From: Candidatus Babeliales bacterium
GTDB lineage: Bacteria; Babelota; Babeliae; Babelales; JANWKD01
NCBI GenBank assembly: GCA_963722075.1
Contig: CAVRJM010000001.1
Span: 149,898-213,897 of the forward strand
Length of the DNA: 64,000 nt
Direction: 5' to 3'
Shown here: in pieces, positions 59,824 through 64,000 of the stretch
Layout: each line of letters starts with the position of its first letter
How positions within the stretch are numbered: the stretch's first letter is position 1
Notes under the pieces: model-generated
What the model was told of the DNA's origin: nothing
Seen by the model: the letters and a program-made list of their open reading frames with translations, nothing else
Database searches by the model: none
Made by a program: the position numbers and the translations under genes

Positions 59824-59948
59824 CGTCATTCCGCTATGCCATTGCCAGGATTATGGCAGAATAAAAGCGCTTGTTTCGTCTAAGCTTTAGCGAAGACGGA
59901 TAGGGAATTGAATTGCATCAGCCGTAGCTGGCAAAGCGAAGGCTGGAA
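59824..59948. repeat. cluster of GC-rich mosaic repeats
   Basis: ..ataaaagcgcttgtttcgtctaagctttagcgaagacggatagg (compare 56183) and tcagccgtagctggcaaagcgaaggctgg, a hairpin module with a CAGCC/GGCTG stem. Confidence 0.8.
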
Positions 59949-59991
59949 ACAATGGATAAAATTAAATGACCTTAAAGCAAAACCCGTTGAA

Positions 59992-60035
59992 GGGTCTGCA
60001 GCACATCGTTAGATGTGCGAGGGCCCGCCTTTTTT
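59992..60035 (+). terminator. intrinsic-terminator-like stem-loop followed by T6
   Basis: GGGTCtgca-GCACATCgttaGATGTGC-gag-GGCCC gcc TTTTTT. Two further perfect hairpins follow at 60051-60075 and 60087-60112. Confidence 0.5.
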
Positions 60036-60161
60036 GCGATCAAAGAGAGATACATAAGAGATTCTTCTCTTATGTGCCCTTGTATTGAAAATATTGGGCA
60101 AGCAATATTTTCATACCCGGCCGGTATTAGGCCAATTGAGAAATTGGATTAAAATTTTATT

Positions 60162-60432
60162 GCTGGATTGCTTCGACAAGCTCGCAACGACAATGGCGAT
60201 TTTATTACCCAATTGCTTTGACAAGCCATGTCCGCCGAAGTTATTCGAGCGAAGGATCGATCGCAACGACAAGAGGTTCTATTTCTTAATGGATTCCCAT
60301 CGTCTCTGCTAAAGCTTCGACGTGACAAGCGCATCCCGCCATAGCTGTTTACTCCGCCATAGCTTTCTTTACTTAGTATTAAAGCTTTTAGAAAGCGACG
60401 GCTGGATTGGCGGCGGCGAATCAGGATGACAA
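60162..60432. repeat. cluster of GC-rich mosaic repeats
   Basis: Module A (gctggattgcttcgacaagctcgcaacgac), module B (catgtccgccgaagttattcgagcgaaggatcgatcgcaacgac), ttaatggattccc.., and a reversed GCGCTTGTC module (cttcgacgtgacaagcgcatcccgcc). These are followed by ccgccatagc x2 and ..gcgacggctggattggcggcgg. Confidence 0.88.
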
Positions 60433-60581
60433 AGGTGATTTTGTTGCTTTTTATACCTTTGTTATCTTTCTCAATTTAAAAATAAGTCTTAATAAAATAG
60501 TTGGCAAGATAAAAAATTGCATTAGCCCAATGAGCCATGGTAAAATAATTCTCAAAAATCTTTTTACCATTGCATTAGCTC

Positions 60582-61493
60582 ATGAATGAAAAAAATATAA
60601 ACGCTCCTGCTCAATTATTAATTGTAACCGGCTATTCTGGTGCGGGCAAAAGTACTGTTTTGCGTGCCTTAGAAGATATCGGTTTTTTTTGTGTTGATAA
60701 TTTACCCATTCCGTTACTCACCTCATTTTTTCAACTCATTGCTCAGTCAACCATGATGGGGCAAAAAATTGCGCTCGGCATTGATATTCGTAGCGGTCAA
60801 AATATGCAAGATTTGATCACCAAATTACAAGAACCAATTGCCAATCAATATTTGGTGAAAATATTCTTTTTAACCGCTAGTTTGCAGGTGCTGGTGAAAC
60901 GCTACCAAGAAACACGGCGCAAGCATCCATTGAGCACTACCATGAGTCTTGAAGAAGCGATTAAAAACGAACAAGAATTATTATATCCACTTATGCAATT
61001 AGCTGATTTGGTATTGGATACTGATCAATTAACCATTCATCATCTGCGTAAATTTGTGCGTGGATCATTTGCTGAATCGGGGCAATCGCAATTGGTGGTG
61101 AATCTTATTTCATTTGGTTTTAAATATGGCATTCCCACCGAAAGCAATTATATTTATGATGTACGTTCGTTACCCAATCCCTATTTTGTGTCACATTTGC
61201 GTCCCTTAGATGGCACCTCTACTGAAATACGTAATTATTTATTTGCGCAGCCAGAAGTGCAAGATTATTGGCATCGCTTAAAAGAGTTTATTAATTTTTC
61301 AATTCAAAAATCGTATGATGAAGGGCGCTTTTTTACTAATATAGCAATTGGCTGTACCGGCGGGCGTCATCGTTCGGTTGCATTAGTGCATGAGCTTGCT
61401 AGCATACCGATGGAACAAGTTCATTACGTGGTAAAGCATCGTGATATTATGCAATATGCAACAGAAAACCAAATGACAGGAGGGTTTTATTAA
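60582..61493 (+). CDS. rapZ: RNase adapter / nucleotide-binding protein RapZ (YvcJ family)
   Basis: LLIVTGYSGAGKSTVLRALEDIGFFCVDNLP, ..SFGFKYG.P.., DVRSLPNPY and IGCTGGRHRSV. Confidence 0.9.
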   Translation: MNEKNINAPAQLLIVTGYSGAGKSTVLRALEDIGFFCVDNLPIPLLTSFFQLIAQSTMMGQKIALGIDIRSGQNMQDLITKLQEPIANQYLVKIFFLTASLQVLVKRYQETRRKHPLSTTMSLEEAIKNEQELLYPLMQLADLVLDTDQLTIHHLRKFVRGSFAESGQSQLVVNLISFGFKYGIPTESNYIYDVRSLPNPYFVSHLRPLDGTSTEIRNYLFAQPEVQDYWHRLKEFINFSIQKSYDEGRFFTNIAIGCTGGRHRSVALVHELASIPMEQVHYVVKHRDIMQYATENQMTGGFY

Positions 61494-61522
61494 TGGATTC
61501 CCACACTTCGTTCGGAATGACC
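61490..61522. repeat. GTCAT..ATCCATTAA hairpin element (reverse) overlapping the rapZ stop codon
   Basis: The reverse complement is gtcATTCCgaacgaagtgtgGGAATccattaa. The rapZ TAA (61491-61493) lies inside the terminal TTAATGGAT motif. Confidence 0.75.
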
Positions 61523-61535
61523 GATAGGAATAATA

Positions 61536-61814
61536 ATGAAGTATAAAAAAATGGTATTACCCCTCATATTAGTAGCGGAAATTATTTTATTTTTTGGTAA
61601 TTTTTTAATAGCAGAAAACGGCTTGCGTGCTATTAATGGATTAAAAAATGAAAACGCGCAATTAGGCGCTCATATTGATGCGCTTAAAAAAGAGCTTTTT
61701 GATTTAGAAGAAGAAATTTTGTTACGGCACAAATATCCTTTTTATAAAGAAAAAATAGCACGCGAACAGCTGCATATGGCAAAAAAGAATGAAACTATTT
61801 GTTACCTTAATTAA
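61536..61814 (+). CDS. ftsB: FtsB/DivIC-like septum formation initiator
   Basis: A single N-terminal TM, then a leucine-zipper-like coil (LKNENAQLGAHIDALKKELFDLEEEI) and ..IAREQLHMAKKNE, typical of the Septum_form family. Confidence 0.7.
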   Translation: MKYKKMVLPLILVAEIILFFGNFLIAENGLRAINGLKNENAQLGAHIDALKKELFDLEEEILLRHKYPFYKEKIAREQLHMAKKNETICYLN

Positions 61815-61819
61815 GGAGA

Positions 61820-62431
61820 ATGATGGTATATACGTTGGCTCCCTTACCATACCCCTATAATGCACTTGAACCATATATCGATACTAAAACGATGGAATTG
61901 CATCATGATAAGCATCAACAAGCTTACATTGATGGCTTAAATAAAGCGCTCGAAAATCATCCTGAAATACAAAATACCCCGCTTGTTGAATTGATTAGAC
62001 ATCTTGATAAGGTGCCCCAAGATATACGCACTGACGTGCAAAATAATGGTGGCGGTGAATTGAATCATTCAATGTTTTGGTTGATGCTCAAAGTAAATAA
62101 TGATACAGAACCAAAAGGAGTTATTGCGCAAGAAATAAAAAAAAAGTTTGGCTCTTTTGCAGCATTTCAAATGGAGTTTGAGCAGAGTGCAAAAAAACGA
62201 TTTGGTAGCGGCTGGGCATGGTTGTGTGTTGATAAGAAAGGTGATTTGATGATTACTTCAACTGCCAATCAAGATAATCCCTTATCACAAGGACATATGC
62301 CTATTTTAGGATTAGATGTATGGGAACATGCCTATTATTTAAAATATAATAATAGACGCCCTGATTATATTAAGGCATGGTGGCATGTAGTTAATTGGGA
62401 TGAAGTAGAACAAAATTATAAAAAAATATGA
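61820..62431 (+). CDS. sodA: superoxide dismutase (Mn-type signature)
   Basis: LPYPYNALEPYID..MELHHDKHQQAYI, NNGGGELNHSMFW, FGSGWAWL, TANQDNP (Gln in the Mn-type position) and DVWEHAYYLKY. Confidence 0.93.
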   Translation: MMVYTLAPLPYPYNALEPYIDTKTMELHHDKHQQAYIDGLNKALENHPEIQNTPLVELIRHLDKVPQDIRTDVQNNGGGELNHSMFWLMLKVNNDTEPKGVIAQEIKKKFGSFAAFQMEFEQSAKKRFGSGWAWLCVDKKGDLMITSTANQDNPLSQGHMPILGLDVWEHAYYLKYNNRRPDYIKAWWHVVNWDEVEQNYKKI

Positions 62432-62444
62432 AAGGAACAAAGTA

Positions 62445-62816
62445 ATGAACGTTAAATTTTTTTCTTTAGTAGTGGTAACTCTTTTATTGAGCACTGTTTG
62501 TTTGAAAGCAAATATATTTAATGATCTAGATCGTTCTACCAATACGGTAATAAGTCACCCGTATTATAATCATGTTCTTAATACTTGTGTTGGTATTTGG
62601 ACTTTTTCATTATTAAAGGAACTTTTGGTTCCTAATTTACATCATAACGATACTGAAACTACGGTTGCTACCTTATGTTCACTTGGTGGTGCTTGTGGTG
62701 CTTCATATCTTGCACAGAAGTATCCTGGCTATGCCACAGTAACGTGTGTAGTCTATGGCCTTTACTGTTTTTTACATAAACATCATCGCACCATAAAAAG
62801 ACATATGAGGTTATAA
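62445..62816 (+). CDS. hypothetical membrane protein
   Basis: A signal/TM at the N-terminus plus 2-3 further hydrophobic helices and a basic tail. Confidence 0.5.
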   Translation: MNVKFFSLVVVTLLLSTVCLKANIFNDLDRSTNTVISHPYYNHVLNTCVGIWTFSLLKELLVPNLHHNDTETTVATLCSLGGACGASYLAQKYPGYATVTCVVYGLYCFLHKHHRTIKRHMRL

Positions 62817-62825
62817 AAGATAAAA

Positions 62826-62858
62826 GGGAACGATAATTCGTTCCCTCATTATTTTCTT
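62826..62858. terminator. hairpin between convergent genes (bidirectional terminator candidate)
   Basis: GGGAACGataattCGTTCCC (62826-62845) is followed by a T-rich tract (tcattattttctttg) and preceded by an A-rich tract. Confidence 0.5.
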
Positions 62859-62877
62859 TGTTACAAAAAGTAATATT

Positions 62878-63129
62878 TTATTGAGCTGTTGGTGCAACGT
62901 CGCTGGTAGCGGAAGTTTGAATATACATCATATTACCACTATTATCATATACCGGTGTTTGTGGCATAAATACTTGTGGCATCTTAAATCCAGTTACTAT
63001 TTGATACAACAAACTTTGAATGAACTGTTTAGCATTTGGTGTTTCAGTTGAAATTTGTGTTTTAACTACAGGACCAAATATTTGTATAAAGACTTCGTTA
63101 TCTTTTATTACAATCTGCCCTATAATCAT
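62878..63129 (-). CDS. hypothetical; probably the C-terminal part of one gene with 63098..63466
   Basis: There is no SD before the ATG at 63129, and that ATG uses the last A of an A6 run (63129-63134). Confidence 0.4.
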   Translation of the reverse strand: MIIGQIVIKDNEVFIQIFGPVVKTQISTETPNAKQFIQSLLYQIVTGFKMPQVFMPQTPVYDNSGNMMYIQTSATSDVAPTAQ

Positions 63130-63466
63130 TTTTTACGCTATTATAAATACCGTTTAAAGCACCTAAAGGAGGAAGCCCTCCCATTCCATATTTTTTAGTG
63201 CCTCCTCGAGCATATGAATTTAATGCATGTACTAAGCCACGAAGTTCATCAACAGTTACCGTACTCAGTGGATTTGTTAGATTCATAAATGGTATTTTGA
63301 CTTTTTCAAACGTCGTATTAGCTGTTGTTGTGATATCTTGTATTGCGCTATTTATTTCTTTTTGTATTTTAGCTTTATTATAAAGCCCCTGGCCGCCAAT
63401 GCGCGTTGCAGCAAAAGATGCCATTGGCACTAAAGCCAATAAAACTATATATATAACTTTCTTCAT
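63098..63466 (-). CDS. secreted hypothetical protein (N-terminal part if the gene is frameshifted)
   Basis: Canonical signal peptide MKKVIYIVLLALVPMASFA|A. Changing A6 to A5 would join it to 62878..63129 (..YNSVK-MIIGQIVIKDNE..), giving ~190 aa. Confidence 0.6.
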   Translation of the reverse strand: MKKVIYIVLLALVPMASFAATRIGGQGLYNKAKIQKEINSAIQDITTTANTTFEKVKIPFMNLTNPLSTVTVDELRGLVHALNSYARGGTKKYGMGGLPPLGALNGIYNSVKNDYRADCNKR

Positions 63467-63677
63467 GAAAACTCCTTTTAAGTGATTTATAGGTAAAACT
63501 GTGCCAAAAATGGCTCCTATTCTTAAGAATAACTCATTATAGAGGGGAATAGCAATATTTTCAAATAGAAAATAAAATCAGGCGATTGCTTGTAAATAAG
63601 GGCGGGGGCCCTTTTAAAAATAATTATATTTGTTATTATTATAATAGTAATATTTAATTAGTAACGAGAGGAATTGT

Positions 63678-64000
63678 ATGAAAATAAAGTTGTTTACACT
63701 GTTTTTAATGGTTAGCCTTGGAATGGGTACAGTATCTCTTCGGGCAATGGATAGCAAAAAGGTAATTGATTGGGATCGTAGGTATGATGCATTCGAGCAA
63801 GGAGCAGCTACAGCAGAAACTGGGAGGCCAGATCGGAGATGGCAAAGGGTAAGAAATCAGCAGGAAGATGATCTCATTGGTAATCGAACTTCAACAGGAT
63901 CACAGTATCCAAATACATCCTATTATAATCCTAGCAATCATTCATCTGGTAAATCTACTTTTTTCTTAATAAAAGATTACCTAAAATGGGGTTTGAGTGG
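63678..64000 (+). CDS. secreted hypothetical protein, 3' end beyond the window
   Basis: SD gagagg lies upstream. MKIKLFTLFLMVSLGMGTVSLRA|MDSK. I translated the frame by hand and it stays open to the end of the window; it is not in the ORF track because no stop is reached. Confidence 0.6.
   Translation, partial: MKIKLFTLFLMVSLGMGTVSLRAMDSKKVIDWDRRYDAFEQGAATAETGRPDRRWQRVRNQQEDDLIGNRTSTGSQYPNTSYYNPSNHSSGKSTFFLIKDYLKWGLS

Overview
Gene-dense, AT-rich bacterial chromosome segment of 64 kb (roughly one-third GC by eye) with a diderm-type envelope gene set: bamA, lspA, SurA-like chaperones and a beta-barrel OMP. Recognisable housekeeping genes are cysS, smpB, thyX, rpmA, secF, rho, murB, trhO, pheT, pgpA, comFC, sbcD, glmU, mreB, rsmA, glmS, rpsI, dksA, tadA (frameshifted), gyrB, rapZ, ftsB-like and sodA, plus tRNA-Ser(CGA) and tRNA-Thr(CGT). 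These are interleaved with many lineage-specific secreted or membrane proteins (ankyrin, Sel1, small charged proteins), which suggests an obligate host-associated or intracellular bacterium, possibly Dependentiae-like; this is a guess I cannot verify. Five things stand out. (1) A tandem array at 4.6-9.7 kb holds about 12 paralogous genes for small secreted proteins that share a ~30-aa module. It shows module shuffling, one nonsense pseudogene, one frameshifted copy, and one copy cut by an IS200-like tnpA element. (2) In 21 lineage-specific proteins the hydrophobic N-terminus ends in [A/G/S]-M-[E/D/K], a pattern absent from the housekeeping envelope proteins. (3) A ~836-aa secreted multidomain protein is followed by a translationally coupled small acidic ORF, giving a toxin/immunity-like layout. 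(4) A secreted protein carries an OspF/SpvC-like phosphothreonine-lyase motif pattern, and a decayed second copy lies 8 kb away. (5) A mosaic family of GC-rich palindromic repeats fills most longer intergenic regions, and its hairpin arms co-vary between copies. Several genes, including the normally essential tadA, are interrupted at A/T homopolymers; this could be sequencing error, real decay or slippage-dependent expression. All calls come from reading the sequence and the ORF track; no database searches were run.
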